This document shows, one piece after another, positions 1-11,568 of a DNA stretch of 64,000 bases. The number at the start of each line of letters is the position of its first letter. The first letter of the stretch is position 1. Origin of the DNA: an uncultured delta proteobacterium (GTDB taxonomy: Bacteria > Desulfobacterota > Desulfobacteria > Desulfobacterales > QNYZ01); the NCBI GenBank assembly GCA_963845145.1, contig CAWJQU010000001.1:288001-352000 (forward strand), read 5' to 3'. The translations under genes and the position numbers were made by a program. A model generated the notes under the pieces. The model saw only the letters and a program-made list of their open reading frames with translations, made no database searches and was not told the origin of the DNA.

Positions 1-2307
1 ACATCGAAAAAGGGAATTTATATTGTGGTCTTCCGGTATCTCGTGGAATCTGCTGGATTAAAAGCAGCAAAAGAAGCCGTATCCCTGTTCGAAGCCGTCG
101 CCCAAGGAAAGAATTTCGATGTCAGCCAGGTTGTTTCCGATCTCAAGGTCCTGCGCGAAGATGATATGTTAGGACCCACTACCTGGAGTATTGTTAAAGA
201 AGCCAAATCAAGGGGCATCCCTTTTATTCGGTTAAATGAAGACAGTCATATCCAGTTGGGGTATGGCGCCAATCAAAAACGGATTCAGGCCTCCATAACC
301 TGTCATACTTCGGCCATTGCCGTAGAAACTGCCGATGAAAAGACAAGAGTGAAGGCGTATTTAAAGAGATCGGGTATTCCGGTTCCAAACGGCCAGATGG
401 TTTCAACCCAAGAAGAGGCCATAGCCGTTTTTAATGAAATAGGCGCAGCTGTTGTTGTCAAGCCGGATGTGGGGAATCATGGTAACGGGTCTACGATCAA
501 TATTACCGATTTGGATCAATTAAAGAAGGCTTTTCAAGCGGCTCAAGCCTACCACCCCGATGTGATTGTTGAAGAGTATGTTCATGGGGGTGATTTTCGT
601 TTTTTAGTAATAGATGGAAAATTCATTGCAGCAGCCAGGCGAGAACCGGCTCATATAATTGGTGATGGAAAATCCTCCATCAAAGATCTCATTCAAAAAG
701 TCAATTCAGATCCTCTTCGTGGATTTGGGCATGAAAAAGTTCTAACACAAATCGAAATCGATGAAATGACTGAAAGGCTCTTATCCCTGAGAGGGCTTTC
801 TCTGGATTCCGTCCCAGGGAAAAGGAGAAGGTCTATCTGAAGGCCACAGCCAATCTTAGCCAGGGGGGTACCGCCACCGATGTTACCGATGAGGTAAACC
901 CCGATATCCGCTTGATGGCTGAACGGGCCGCCCGGATCATTGGATTGGATTGCGTGGGTGTAGATGCCTTGGCAAAAGACATATCGCTTCCCCTTGATCC
1001 ATCCGGCATAAAAGTGGTTGAAGTGAATGCCGCACCGGGATTCAGGATGCACTTGGAGCCGACAAACGGCCAACCCCGGAATGTTGCAAAACCGATAGTG
1101 GACATGCTCTTCCCGGAGGGTTACACTCAAATTCCCGTTTTGGCTGTGACCGGAACAAACGGTAAAACAACGACCAGTAAATTACTTGCCCATACATTGA
1201 AGTATTCGGGAAAAATTGTCGGCCTGACCTGTACTACCGGCATTACAATTGATGGAAAGCCTATCTTAACCGGAGATTACAGCGGACCGGAGGGAGCCGG
1301 GATTGTTGTCAGGGAACCAACGGTGGACCACATTGTATTGGAAGTGGCTCGTGGGGGAATTGCCAGACGAGGTCTTGGCGTTGATGAAGTTGATGTGGGT
1401 GTGCTGTTAAATATTGGAGAGGACCACTTGGGTACAGACTGGATCGAATCGCAAGAAGATCTATGCCTGGTAAAATCCACGGTAGTAGAAGTCGTCAAAA
1501 AAACGGGGACTTCAGTTTTAAACGCGGATGACGGCATGACCATGAGCATATTGGATCGTGCTCGCGGAAATATCATTCTATTTTCTTTAGACCCAAATAA
1601 TCAAAAAATTAAAGCACATATAAAGGACGGGGGAACCGTTGTCACCGTAGACAAACGAAATGCCATCATTAGAAATAGGGAATTGGACATCATTGTCTGC
1701 ACGCTTGAAGAAATTCCCATTACCTTTGGAGGGATTATTGACTTTAATATCTCAAATGCTCTGGCAGCCATCGGAGCCCTGCATGGCTTAAATCTGCCTA
1801 TTGAACAAATTCGAAATGGAATTATGACATTTTATCCTTCGCCGAATCAAAATCCCGGCCGAATGAATTTATTCGATTTCCAAAAATACAAGGTTCTTTT
1901 GGATTACGGCCATAACCCTGAATCAGCTCGTGCCATGGCCAGATTATTACCCCGGCTTACACAGGGAAGAAAGATTGCTTTATGTCACGGAACAGGAAAT
2001 CGAACCACTGAACAAATCATTGAATATGGTAAAGCGCTGGCTTCGGTATACGATTATATCATACTGGCAGATTTTGATCCCCGTGACAGGCCTATAGGAG
2101 AAACCCCAAAGTTAGTTTATGAGGGGCTTATTAAAGGCGGGTTCCAAGAACAAAATATTGAAATCGTTTCAGAACCGGGGAAAGGCGGTGGATTATCTTT
2201 TTTCAAAGGCCAAAACAGGAGATCTACTGGTCATTCAGCCCGATGAACTCGAACCTGTAATGGGTCAAATCATGGAGCGATACCGGCAGATGGTAACACG
2301 TATCTAA
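1..2307 (+). CDS. cphA: Cyanophycin synthetase (5'-truncated by window edge; split by two frameshifts near 820-840 and 2180)
   Basis: Motifs LGPTTWSIV..A..RGIP, QLGYG..QKRI, ATP-grasp (VVKP..GNHG, EVNAAPGFRMHL) and a Mur-ligase-like domain (GTNGKTTT, DYGHNP), spread over ORFs 25..840, 912..2246 and 2119..2307. Confidence 0.9.
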
Positions 2308-2477
2308 TCGATCGATATTTTGTGAAACCCTGAACCAAAAGTGATTATTGTTTTTAATTCTGGCCACATACGACAAATCGCTTTTCGTAACAACTACGAA
2401 TATTTTTACTGCCTTCACCCTTTAGAGAGATTTCTACGATAGTTAAAAATCGTACGCTATAAAAGGGTAACCATGCT

Positions 2478-2744
2478 GTGACTCGAATGATCCTAAACAA
2501 CCAGATCGCCCTTTTGCAAAACGGTGAAGCGTATTTTCCAGCAATGGAAGCGGCGCTGGAACGGGCGATGCATGAAATTTACCTGGAAAGCTATATTTTC
2601 GAAAATGACAATACCCTCGAATGGGTCCGGCTGATGAAGGAAACCATTAAAATTGCTGCAGCCGGTTTCTCCGCGCGCCGGATGGTCAGGCAATACATTG
2701 AAAAGTTCTATTCCACCAGCATTAAAAATGTCCTGGAAGAGTAG
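2478..2744 (+). pseudogene. Chimeric remnant: N-terminus of a ClsB-type cardiolipin synthase fused to the C-terminus of an alpha-glucan phosphorylase
   Basis: NQIALLQNGEAYFPAMEAALERAMHEIYLESYIFEND resembles the ClsB start; EWVRLMKETIK..AGFSARRMVRQYIEKFY resembles the GlgP end; switch at ~2613. Confidence 0.7.
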
Positions 2745-2833
2745 TTCATGTCCGTTCGGTGAAACAAACGATATGAAGATGGACTGAATAAAATTTCCAT
2801 CCTGAAAAACAACCTCGAAAAAGGAGCACGACC

Positions 2834-2974
2834 ATGGGAGACAAGGGCGGCAAAAAAAACAAGGAAAAAAGTCAAAAACAAAGCAGTGACAAACAGCGAC
2901 AAAAAACAAAAGACAAGCTTGAAAAACAACAGAAAGGGCGACCAGAATTGGTATTGCCGAAACAAAAATCGTGA
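2834..2974 (+). CDS. Small Lys/Gln-rich protein, 46 aa (MGDKGGKKNKEKSQKQSSDKQRQKTKDKLEKQQKGRPELVLPKQKS)
   Basis: Hand-translated (below the ORF-track cut-off); AAGGAG RBS at 2821-2826, ATG 2834, TGA 2972-2974. Confidence 0.6.
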   Translation: MGDKGGKKNKEKSQKQSSDKQRQKTKDKLEKQQKGRPELVLPKQKS

Positions 2975-3256
2975 TTCTGCCCACGATTGCGGATCGGGTC
3001 ACGCACATTGTCCATTTTGCCTATCACCCTGCGATAACCGACACTCGCCTGATACGCCTGGCCGAAGAGGACGAGAACATGTAAGCGTGGGGGTGGGGTA
3101 ATTTCTATGCGCTTCTCCGAATAACCGGAAATCGCAAGGTGGCTTTTAAAGAAGGGGGGTAAAACGGCACTGAATTGCAGGATTAGTGTTCAAGGTATGT
3201 TAGGTTTTTGCTATCCAAAAACAGCAATCAAAGAATTACAATAAAAGGAGAAAAAA

Positions 3257-3631
3257 ATGGCTAAAAGAATAGAAATTTACAAGTGTGAAGTATGCGGGAA
3301 TATTGTTGAAGTGCTGCATGGTGGTGATGGGGAACTGGTCTGCTGCGGTGAACCGATGAAGCTGATGGTCGAAAATAAGGTTGACGCCGCTAAAGAAAAA
3401 CATGTGCCTGTCATTGAAAAAATTTCCGGCGGGGTTAAGGTTAAGATCGGCAGTGTGGCTCATCCCATGGAAGATAAACACTACATTGAATGGATTGAAA
3501 TCATAGCTGACGGCAAGGTATATCGGCAGTTTTTGAAGCCGGGTGAAAAACCGGAAGCATCCTTTCAGGTTACTGCTGATAAAATTCAGGCACGGGAATA
3601 CTGTAACCTTCACGGATTATGGAAAGGTTGA
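3257..3631 (+). CDS. dfx: Desulfoferrodoxin (2Fe superoxide reductase)
   Basis: [16 protein letters not shown] desulforedoxin domain plus EKHVP, HPM..HYIEWI and CNLHGLW. Confidence 0.97.
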   Translation: MAKRIEIYKCEVCGNIVEVLHGGDGELVCCGEPMKLMVENKVDAAKEKHVPVIEKISGGVKVKIGSVAHPMEDKHYIEWIEIIADGKVYRQFLKPGEKPEASFQVTADKIQAREYCNLHGLWKG

Positions 3632-3667
3632 TGCTAACTATCATGTAGCTTTCTAATCATATAGTGA

Positions 3668-3702
3668 AGGCGGGGGATAATACCATATTTACTCCCCCGC
3701 CT
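3668..3702 (+). terminator. GC-rich hairpin downstream of dfx
   Basis: AGGCGGGGGA...TCCCCCGCCT, a perfect 10-bp inverted repeat; no clear U-tract. Confidence 0.45.
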
Positions 3703-3974
3703 AATATCCATCGACACCAAAAAAAGTATTATTATTGTGTCATCTCGTGCCTAACTATGCACACACACTATCTTATCGGGTGTGCAGTCGTGCGCATGCG
3801 GTATGATGTAGGGTTTCACATGACCGCTGAGGAGACGATAACGCTTCCGTTTCCACTGATTGAGAGTAGAATTTCCCTGGTCGTCGGCATCGTGTTGCCG
3901 GTCAAGGAAAAGAAGATGTGTTGCAAAACCATCCCCCTGCTCGTCGGGCTAATTTTCGTGAGGGAGGTATTCGG

Positions 3975-5684
3975 ATGACAGTAGATATCAGTATTTTAAT
4001 CGGCGGTGAAGCCGGACAGGGCATTCAGACCGTCGGTCTGCTGATGGCCCGTACCTGTCACAGGGCGGGTTTGTATGTGATGGCGGTCAATGATTTTGAA
4101 TCACGGATACGGGGCGGTCACAGTTTCATCCAGCTTCGTATCAGCGACCGGCCTGTCCATGGTCCGACCCGGAAATTTCACATGATGGTAGCACTGGATG
4201 AACGAACCTATGGGCTGCACCGACCCGATCTCACAGAAGGTGGATTGGCGCTGATCCCCAAAGATAAAGCGGATACCATGACGCAGCACCAGCAATTCAA
4301 AATGGTAGACTTTGATGGGTTGGCCCAAAAAGCCGGTGGCCGCATCCTCGTCAATACGGTGGCAGCGGGGGCCTGCCTGGCGCTGCTCGGAGCGCCGCTT
4401 GACCTTTTCGAAAACGTTCTGAAAACGACATTCGACCATGTGGAGGAAAAACGTCTCGCACATAATGTTCAAGCGGCCCAATATGGATACGCTGCCGCAG
4501 AGGACGAGACGTTCAAATGGTCATGGCGCTGGGAGATGACATCACCCAAAGGCCGTCTCATTGACGGGGCACATGCTGTGGCTTTCGGTGCACTGGCAGG
4601 AGACTGTCGTTTCAGCGCTTTTTATCCCATGAGTCCGGCCACCGGTATCATTCAACGACTGGTCGACATGGCGCAGACGGTGCCGCTGGTGATTGAACAA
4701 GCCGAAGACGAAATCGCCGCTGTGAACATGGTCATCGGCGCAGCGTTTGCCGGTGTACGCGCCATGACAGCGACTTCAGGGGGCGGTTTTTCGCTGATGA
4801 CAGAAGGACTTGGACTGGCCGCCATCACGGAAACACCCATCGTTATCGTCAATGCGCAGCGGCCCGGGCCGGCCACGGGCCTGCCGACCCGAACGTCACA
4901 GGCCGATCTTCAGTTCGTCATTCATGCCTCCCAGGACGAATTCCCCCGCTTTGTGTTCGCGCCGGGCACCCCGTTCGAAGCCTTTTCGGTGACCGCACGC
5001 GCCTTTGAATTATCCGACCGGTTTCAGGTTCCGGCGATCATCCTGGTTGACCAGTACCTCACCGATTCTCTTTTCGTCGCTGAAGAGTCGTTTGAAGCAC
5101 CGGAAGGGGTCACATCGTTTACCGTCACAGACGACAACCTCGATGATGCCAAGCATTACCGCCGCTATGAGCTGAAGGACAGCGGCATCTCCCCGAGAGC
5201 TCTCCCGTGCAACGGCCGAGCCCTGGTCAAGGTCTGCAGCGACGAGCACGATGAAGAAGGGCACATCACCGAAGATGCCGAAATCCGGGATGCCATGGTG
5301 ACAAAACGCTTTGCTAAAGTGGTGGCCATGCGTAAGGAGATCCGCCCACCGGAGGTAATTCACGCCGGCAGTGACATTTTGTTAATCAGCTGGGGATCTA
5401 TGCGCGGCGCAATGGAAGAGGCGGTCAACCAATTGCGGGCCGACGGTATCAATTGCGGCGGTGTGCATGTTGTTGACATGTGGCCTTTCCCGGATGTCGC
5501 TTTGAGTGAAATTCTGGAAAAAGTCACGCAATTCTTTGTTGTGGAACAAAACCGGTCCGCCCAGCTTGGGAAGTTGATCCGCCAACAAACCGGACGTCAA
5601 TATACCGATGCGGTGCTCAAATACAATGGCCGCCCCATGAGTGCCGATGAAATCACCGACGCCATCAAATCGAAATTAAGGTGA
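3975..5684 (+). CDS. 2-oxoacid:ferredoxin oxidoreductase alpha subunit (gamma-alpha fused)
   Basis: GGEAGQGI, SRIRGGH, YPMSP, EDEIAA, TSGGGFSLM, QRPGPATG; GGAGG RBS before ATG 3975. Confidence 0.93.
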   Translation: MTVDISILIGGEAGQGIQTVGLLMARTCHRAGLYVMAVNDFESRIRGGHSFIQLRISDRPVHGPTRKFHMMVALDERTYGLHRPDLTEGGLALIPKDKADTMTQHQQFKMVDFDGLAQKAGGRILVNTVAAGACLALLGAPLDLFENVLKTTFDHVEEKRLAHNVQAAQYGYAAAEDETFKWSWRWEMTSPKGRLIDGAHAVAFGALAGDCRFSAFYPMSPATGIIQRLVDMAQTVPLVIEQAEDEIAAVNMVIGAAFAGVRAMTATSGGGFSLMTEGLGLAAITETPIVIVNAQRPGPATGLPTRTSQADLQFVIHASQDEFPRFVFAPGTPFEAFSVTARAFELSDRFQVPAIILVDQYLTDSLFVAEESFEAPEGVTSFTVTDDNLDDAKHYRRYELKDSGISPRALPCNGRALVKVCSDEHDEEGHITEDAEIRDAMVTKRFAKVVAMRKEIRPPEVIHAGSDILLISWGSMRGAMEEAVNQLRADGINCGGVHVVDMWPFPDVALSEILEKVTQFFVVEQNRSAQLGKLIRQQTGRQYTDAVLKYNGRPMSADEITDAIKSKLR

Positions 5685-5692
5685 GGTATTAA

Positions 5693-6550
5693 ATGGTATC
5701 AACAAACGATTATCATTCTGATTACCCGAATCACTGGTGCCCGGGGTGCGGCAATTTCGAAATTCTCGATGCGATGAAGTCGGCCTTTGCCGGATTGGAT
5801 CTACCGCCCGAAAAGTTCCTCATCGTTTCCGGAATCGGGCAGGCCGCAAAAACACCCCATTTTCTGGAATGCAATTGTTTTCATTCTCTTCACGGACGGG
5901 CGCTGCCCATCGCCACGGGCGCCAAAATAGCCAACCACGATATGACCGTTCTGGTGAGTACTGGTGACGGCGATTGTTACGGTGAAGGCGGCAATCATTT
6001 CATGCAAGCCATTCGCCGCAACATTGATGTGACGGTGCTGGTCCACAACAACGGCATTTACGGCCTCACCAAGGGGCAGGCATCCCCCACCTCCATGGAA
6101 GGCATGCAGACAAAAATGCAACCCGGAGGCGTCATCGCCGGCGCATTCAACCCGCTGGCCGTAGCCTTGTCTCTCGGTGCCGGTTTTGTCGCACGTGGGT
6201 TTTCAGGCGAGGGAGAACAGTTGAGTGAGCTGATTCAAGCTGGCATCCGTCATAGCGGTTTTGCACTAATTGATATCCTGCAGCCCTGTGTATCTTTCAA
6301 TCGACTCAATACGTACAAATGGTACAAGGACAGGATTGAGCCGATAGAAGAAAGCCACGACCAAACCGATCTAATCGCCGCACTCCGGGTTGCCCTCGGG
6401 ACAAATGATCGTATTCCGACGGGGATCTACCATTGCAGGAAATCTCCCTCCTATACGGATCGGATCGACAAACTGAACGACAAACCGTTGACGGATCACC
6501 TGTACCGCCCGGAACTCCTGAAGGCGCTGCTGGCAGGCGGATATCCGTAG
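5693..6550 (+). CDS. 2-oxoacid:ferredoxin oxidoreductase beta subunit
   Basis: WCPGCGN, SGIG, HGRALP, GDGD TPP motif, YGLTKGQ.SPT. Confidence 0.95.
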   Translation: MVSTNDYHSDYPNHWCPGCGNFEILDAMKSAFAGLDLPPEKFLIVSGIGQAAKTPHFLECNCFHSLHGRALPIATGAKIANHDMTVLVSTGDGDCYGEGGNHFMQAIRRNIDVTVLVHNNGIYGLTKGQASPTSMEGMQTKMQPGGVIAGAFNPLAVALSLGAGFVARGFSGEGEQLSELIQAGIRHSGFALIDILQPCVSFNRLNTYKWYKDRIEPIEESHDQTDLIAALRVALGTNDRIPTGIYHCRKSPSYTDRIDKLNDKPLTDHLYRPELLKALLAGGYP

Positions 6551-6830
6551 GCTGACCGATACGGCACACCGGTTGACCTCCCAGCGCCGGCGATTAATAG
6601 CCAGAATACTCGGCTTTGGAAAAAAATGACGGGGAGGCATTCGCATAGCAGGTCATGACAAAAAGAGGTCCTTATCTAAATAAAAATCTGACACGCATCG
6701 CTATTGCCGGTTTTTTTAGTTTAAGGCGTAATCCTTCTTTTGTCATTTTTTCGGAGGGACCAGGCAATGATGTTAATGGAAAATAAGAATACTGGTTATT
6801 CACAATGACAAACATAAAAGGAGAAATATC

Positions 6831-7295
6831 ATGAAAAAAGTCAACAAAATTCTCGTGGCGTGCGATTTGTCAAACTACTCGATCAAGGCAGTCGAGTATG
6901 CTGCCGACATGGCCGAGAGTGTGGACGCCGAACTGGTTATCGTCAACGTGATCAACCAGCGGGATCTGGATATGATCGATAAAGTTGCAAGGCATACAGA
7001 TAAAATCACCGTAGCCAAATATGTCAGTGAAACCAGGGAAAATCGATCCGAAGAGATCGCAAAAGTCCTTGTGGCGTCGAAACGTGATCCCGCGTCATAC
7101 AGGACAGTTTTCATGACCGGCGTCCCTTTCCGGGAGATTCTGGCCGCCATCGAGGAAGAAAAAGCGGACCTTCTCGTCATGGGGACAAAAGGCCGGACCG
7201 ATTTGGAAGATGTTCTTTTTGGAACCACGGCCCAGAAAATGTTTCGCCGGTGTCCCATTCCGTTGTTGAGCATTCGTATGAATACCAACGATTGA
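6831..7295 (+). CDS. Universal stress protein (UspA family)
   Basis: KILVACDLS...ADLLVMGTKG...LFGTTA. Confidence 0.92.
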   Translation: MKKVNKILVACDLSNYSIKAVEYAADMAESVDAELVIVNVINQRDLDMIDKVARHTDKITVAKYVSETRENRSEEIAKVLVASKRDPASYRTVFMTGVPFREILAAIEEEKADLLVMGTKGRTDLEDVLFGTTAQKMFRRCPIPLLSIRMNTND

Positions 7296-7352
7296 CGAAA
7301 AGAGGTATGGAAAATGCCGAATGAACAAGCCAGTGAAAGAAAGAGGAAAAAG

Positions 7353-8984
7353 ATGGAGCAAGAAAATTTGATAGGAGACCAAAAACTATTTCCGCGGGCC
7401 ATCGATATACCGGAAGCCCTTTTAATGGATATTCCCTGCATTCAGACCGGCTATCTCGTTGATGGTGAGATTCGGGTCTGGAACGGCCAACGTCAGGAGG
7501 TGCTCTCACCCGTTTGGGCGGCTGGCGACACGGATCCGAAGCCATTTTTTATTGGTGAATATCCGCTGCTGACCGATGTGGAAGCGTTACAGGCCCTTGA
7601 TGCGGCGGTTGCCGCCTATGATCATGGGCGGGGGTTGTGGCCCACCTTGTCCGTTGCCGAGCGAATTGATCACATGGAGCGGTTCGTTTTTCGGATGATT
7701 GAAGAAAAAGACCGGGTCGTGCGATTTCTGATGTGGGAGGTTGGAAAATCGCTTCAGGATTCGGAAAAGGAATTCGACCGGACCATTAAATACATTAACG
7801 ATACCCTCGCCGCACTTAAGGACCTGGATCGAATTTCTTCCCGGTTCACCATCGAGGAGGGCATCATCGGTCAAATTCGGCGCGCTCCACTAGGTGTGGT
7901 GCTCTGCATGGGACCGTTCAATTATCCGCTCAACGAGACATTCACGACCCTGATACCGGCAGTTGTCATGGGAAACACCGTGATCTTAAAGCCACCCAAG
8001 CACGGTGCGCTTCTTTACGCACCGCTTCTGGAAGCCTTCCGCGATGTTTTCCCGAAAGGCGTCATCAACGTCATCTATGGTGAGGGGCGGAAAGTGATTC
8101 CTCCACTCATGGTATCCGGCAAGATCAACGTGCTGGGGCTGATCGGTACGAGCAAGACGGCCAACGCATTGAAAAAACAACATCCCAACCCCAATCGCCT
8201 GCGCTGTGTGCTGGGGTTGGAGGCCAAGAATCCAGCCATTGTTCTGAAAGGAGCCGATCTTGATTTGGCTGTGCGGGAATGCGTTCTCGGCTGCCTTTCG
8301 TTTAACGGGCAGCGCTGCACGGCCCTTAAGATCCTCTTTGTGGAAGGTAGTGTTGCAGGCGCGTTTCTCGATCGATTTACCACAGCCGTTAACGCCCTGC
8401 CCTCTGGAATGCCATGGCGCGAAGGGGTTTTCGTTACCCCGGTCGCGGAAAGAGGCAAGACGGAATACCTGCAGGAACTGGTGTCGGACGCTGTTGGGTT
8501 AGGCGCTCGGGTTGTCAATCAGGCCGGTGGTACTGTTTGCGGCAGCTTCTTTTTTCCTGCCGTCCTGTATCCGGTCAACTCTAAAATGAGAGTCTATCAT
8601 GAAGAGCAGTTCGGACCTGTGGTTCCGGTCCTGTCCTTCGACAAGATTGATGAACCCATCGCCTACATGATCAATTCCAACTATGGCCAACAAGTCAGCA
8701 TTTTCGGAAGCGACCCGGACCAGATCGCTCGATTGATCGACCCGTTGGTAAATCAAGTTTGTCGGGTCAACATCAACAGCCAGTGCCAGCGGGGGCCGGA
8801 CACGTTTCCCTTCACGGGACGCAAGGATTCCGCAGAAGGAACCCTTTCCGTATCCGACGCCTTGCGGGTTTTTTCCATTCGAACCCTGGTTGCCGCCAAA
8901 CAGACCCAGTTGAACAAACAGATCATCACCCGCATCGTGCGAGAACACAAAAGCAAATTTCTGGCGACCGACTTTATTCTATAA
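7353..8984 (+). CDS. gapN: Non-phosphorylating NADP-dependent glyceraldehyde-3-phosphate dehydrogenase (ALDH fold); start could be 7314
   Basis: PLGVVLCMGPFNYPLNE, LEAKN, FNGQRCTA (catalytic Cys), EEQFGP, RGPD.FPF.G.KDS. Confidence 0.88.
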   Translation: MEQENLIGDQKLFPRAIDIPEALLMDIPCIQTGYLVDGEIRVWNGQRQEVLSPVWAAGDTDPKPFFIGEYPLLTDVEALQALDAAVAAYDHGRGLWPTLSVAERIDHMERFVFRMIEEKDRVVRFLMWEVGKSLQDSEKEFDRTIKYINDTLAALKDLDRISSRFTIEEGIIGQIRRAPLGVVLCMGPFNYPLNETFTTLIPAVVMGNTVILKPPKHGALLYAPLLEAFRDVFPKGVINVIYGEGRKVIPPLMVSGKINVLGLIGTSKTANALKKQHPNPNRLRCVLGLEAKNPAIVLKGADLDLAVRECVLGCLSFNGQRCTALKILFVEGSVAGAFLDRFTTAVNALPSGMPWREGVFVTPVAERGKTEYLQELVSDAVGLGARVVNQAGGTVCGSFFFPAVLYPVNSKMRVYHEEQFGPVVPVLSFDKIDEPIAYMINSNYGQQVSIFGSDPDQIARLIDPLVNQVCRVNINSQCQRGPDTFPFTGRKDSAEGTLSVSDALRVFSIRTLVAAKQTQLNKQIITRIVREHKSKFLATDFIL

Positions 8985-8997
8985 TTGGGAGGACTTT

Positions 8998-10030
8998 ATG
9001 CCGGTTCCAGATTACGAGACCTATTGCAAGATGTTAGACCGGGCAAGGGAGAAAAAGTTTGCCTACCCTGCCATCAATGTTTCCTCACTGACTGGCGCCA
9101 ATGCTGTCTTGAAGGGCCTGGCCGAGAGCAGAAGCGACGGGATCATTCAGGTTTCAACAGGAGGTGCGGCCTTCGCGTCCGGCTCCTCAGTAAAAGACAT
9201 GGTTTTAGGGGCTATCTCAATAGCGGAGCATGTACATCGGGTTGCGGATCGCTACGATATATACGTCGCTCTCCACACCGATCACTGCCAACCCAAAGTC
9301 CTCGACAGCTATGTAATTCCGCTAATAGATGAAACAGAGCGGCGCAGGGCGGCAGGCATGTCCAATCTTTTCAACAGTCATATGTTTGACGGGAGTGCAG
9401 TTACGCTTAAAGAGAATCTTGACATTGCCGTTCCGCTTCTGGAACGCTGCCATAAGAATGAAATCATTCTTGAGATCGAGGTGGGGGTCGTCGGTGGCGA
9501 AGAGGACGATGTGAAGGCTGAGGGTCTGATAAGTAAGCTCTACACAACTCCGGAGGATATGTGCGAGGCTGCTCGTCGACTCAATACCATTAAAGATGCC
9601 CGTTACCTTGTGGCAGCTACCTTTGGGAATGTGCACGGGGTCTACAAGCCGGGCATCGTCAAACTGAAGCCGAAGATTCTCAAAGATGGGCAGGATGCCT
9701 TGGAGAAGGCTTACGGGCCGGAAGGCCGCTTTCTTTCTGGTTTTCCATGGAGGCTCCGGCTCATCCTCAGATGAAATCCATGAAGCTATCGATTACGGCG
9801 TCGTAAAGATGAATATCGACACAGATACACAATATGCGTTTACCCGCCCCATCGTTGATCATATTTTCAAGAACTATGACGGTGTCCTCAAAGTCGACGG
9901 GGAAGTGGGAAAGAAAAAGGCCTATGATCCTCGTACCTACCTGGCGTTATCGGAAAGCTCTATGGCGGAGCGTGTAAAACAGGCGGTAATTGAATTAAAA
10001 GGGATTGGTACCACATTGTTTAATGGATGA
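8998..10030 (+). CDS. fbaA: Class II fructose-bisphosphate aldolase (frameshift near 9720)
   Basis: FAYPAIN, LHTDHC, SHMFDGS, GGEED, FGNVHG; continues in another frame as VFHGGSG, KMNIDTD, YDPR. Confidence 0.93.
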
Positions 10031-10048
10031 GAGAAAACGGAATGGATT

Positions 10049-11012
10049 ATGGCTACTAAATATCGAGATTATTATAAAATGTTCGGGCTTGAGCGAAACG
10101 CAACAGCAAAGGATATCAAAAAAGCCTACCGGAAATTGGCTCGAAAATATCACCCAGATATTAACAAAGAAAAAACAGCTGAAGAAAATTTCAAAGAAGT
10201 TACCGAAGCCTATGAGGTGCTGAAGGATCCTGAAAAGCGCAAGCGTTATGATCAATTGGGAGATGGATGGAAAAATGGACAGGATTTCAAGCCGCCGCCT
10301 GAATGGAAGCATCACCATTTTGATACAGAATCTGATCAGAGAGAATTTAATAATAGCAAAGGGTTCAGTGATTTTTTTGAAGCTTTATTTAGAGCTAACG
10401 CCGGGCAAAAGGGACAGTCAAATAATTTTGCATCTGGAAGTTTGAATTTGCGAGGGCAAAATCATGAAGCAAAAATAGAAATTAGTTTGGAAGAAGCCTA
10501 TTCGGGTGCGACGTAAAGGTATCAGTCTGCAGAGTTTCGAAATCGATGCTGAAGGACAGGTGACGCCGGTGACTCGGAACTACCAGGTTAAAATTCCAAA
10601 GGGAATTAGCGACGGTGCTAGAATCCGTATGACCGGAAAGGGAGGCCGCGGTGTGAACAGCGGACCTCCCGGTGATTTGTACCTAAAGGTCAATTTTATG
10701 CCCCATCCCCGGTTTAAAGTAGTCGGGCATAATCTGAACATGGATGTACCGATTACACCTTGGGAGGCTGCGCTTGGGGCCACAGTAATCGTCCGGCTGC
10801 TGGATGGGGAGATACATCTGAAAGTTCCGGCTGGTATCCAATCAGGCAAAAAAATGCGTATCAAGGGCAAAGGCATGCCTAAAAAAATGAATGGCAATGG
10901 TGATCTTTATGCATGCATTACCATTGTGATGCCGCAGACATTGACCCAAAAACAAATGGAGTTGTTTGCGGAACTATCAAAAACATCTGATTTCAATCCG
11001 CGCGATTCTTAA
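10049..11012 (+). CDS. cbpA: DnaJ-class chaperone CbpA (frameshift near 10510)
   Basis: J domain with HPD, FSDFFE, DnaJ_C repeats (GDLYL, PWEAALG), no Zn finger; followed by a cbpM-like gene. Confidence 0.88.
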
Positions 11013-11024
11013 TGGAGATTAGAG

Positions 11025-11363
11025 ATGACGAGAAACTTTTACCATATTATTAATTACCAGAATGAACACCACCTGGCATCTTCCGAGCTTATTTCCATAG
11101 ATGAGTTGGCAAGGTTATCCAAACAGCACGTCGATATGATCAATATGATGGTCGATTGGGGACTAATCGAACCTTCTACAACGGATCCGCAGCCTCTTTT
11201 CTTTGAAGCTACAGTTCCTATAATCTGGAAAATTATTCGTATACGAAAAGATTTGGGGGTAAACTGGTCCGGTATCGGCGTCATACTCACCCTTTTGGAA
11301 CGAGTTGAAAGCCTGGAAAAAGAGGTTGCGCGATTGGAACAAAATTACAATATCCTCAAGTAA
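11025..11363 (+). CDS. cbpM: Chaperone modulator CbpM (MerR-like HTH)
   Basis: ISIDELA..GLIEP..RIRKDLGVN..LLERVESLE; directly downstream of cbpA. Confidence 0.85.
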   Translation: MTRNFYHIINYQNEHHLASSELISIDELARLSKQHVDMINMMVDWGLIEPSTTDPQPLFFEATVPIIWKIIRIRKDLGVNWSGIGVILTLLERVESLEKEVARLEQNYNILK

Positions 11364-11568
11364 ATACATCCTGGGCGGTGATAAAATATAGCCGTATTCG
11401 TGTTGAGATAACGTCCATAACTGGCGATCGACTTTAGCTAAAAAAGAGAAAAGGACATCCCGGGTACGTGGGAATGGCTATGCCATATGAATGACATAGT
11501 CATATAAACCTTATAACAAAAATATTTACTTACCTAAAAAAAACGAGAAAATATTTTATAAAACATGA

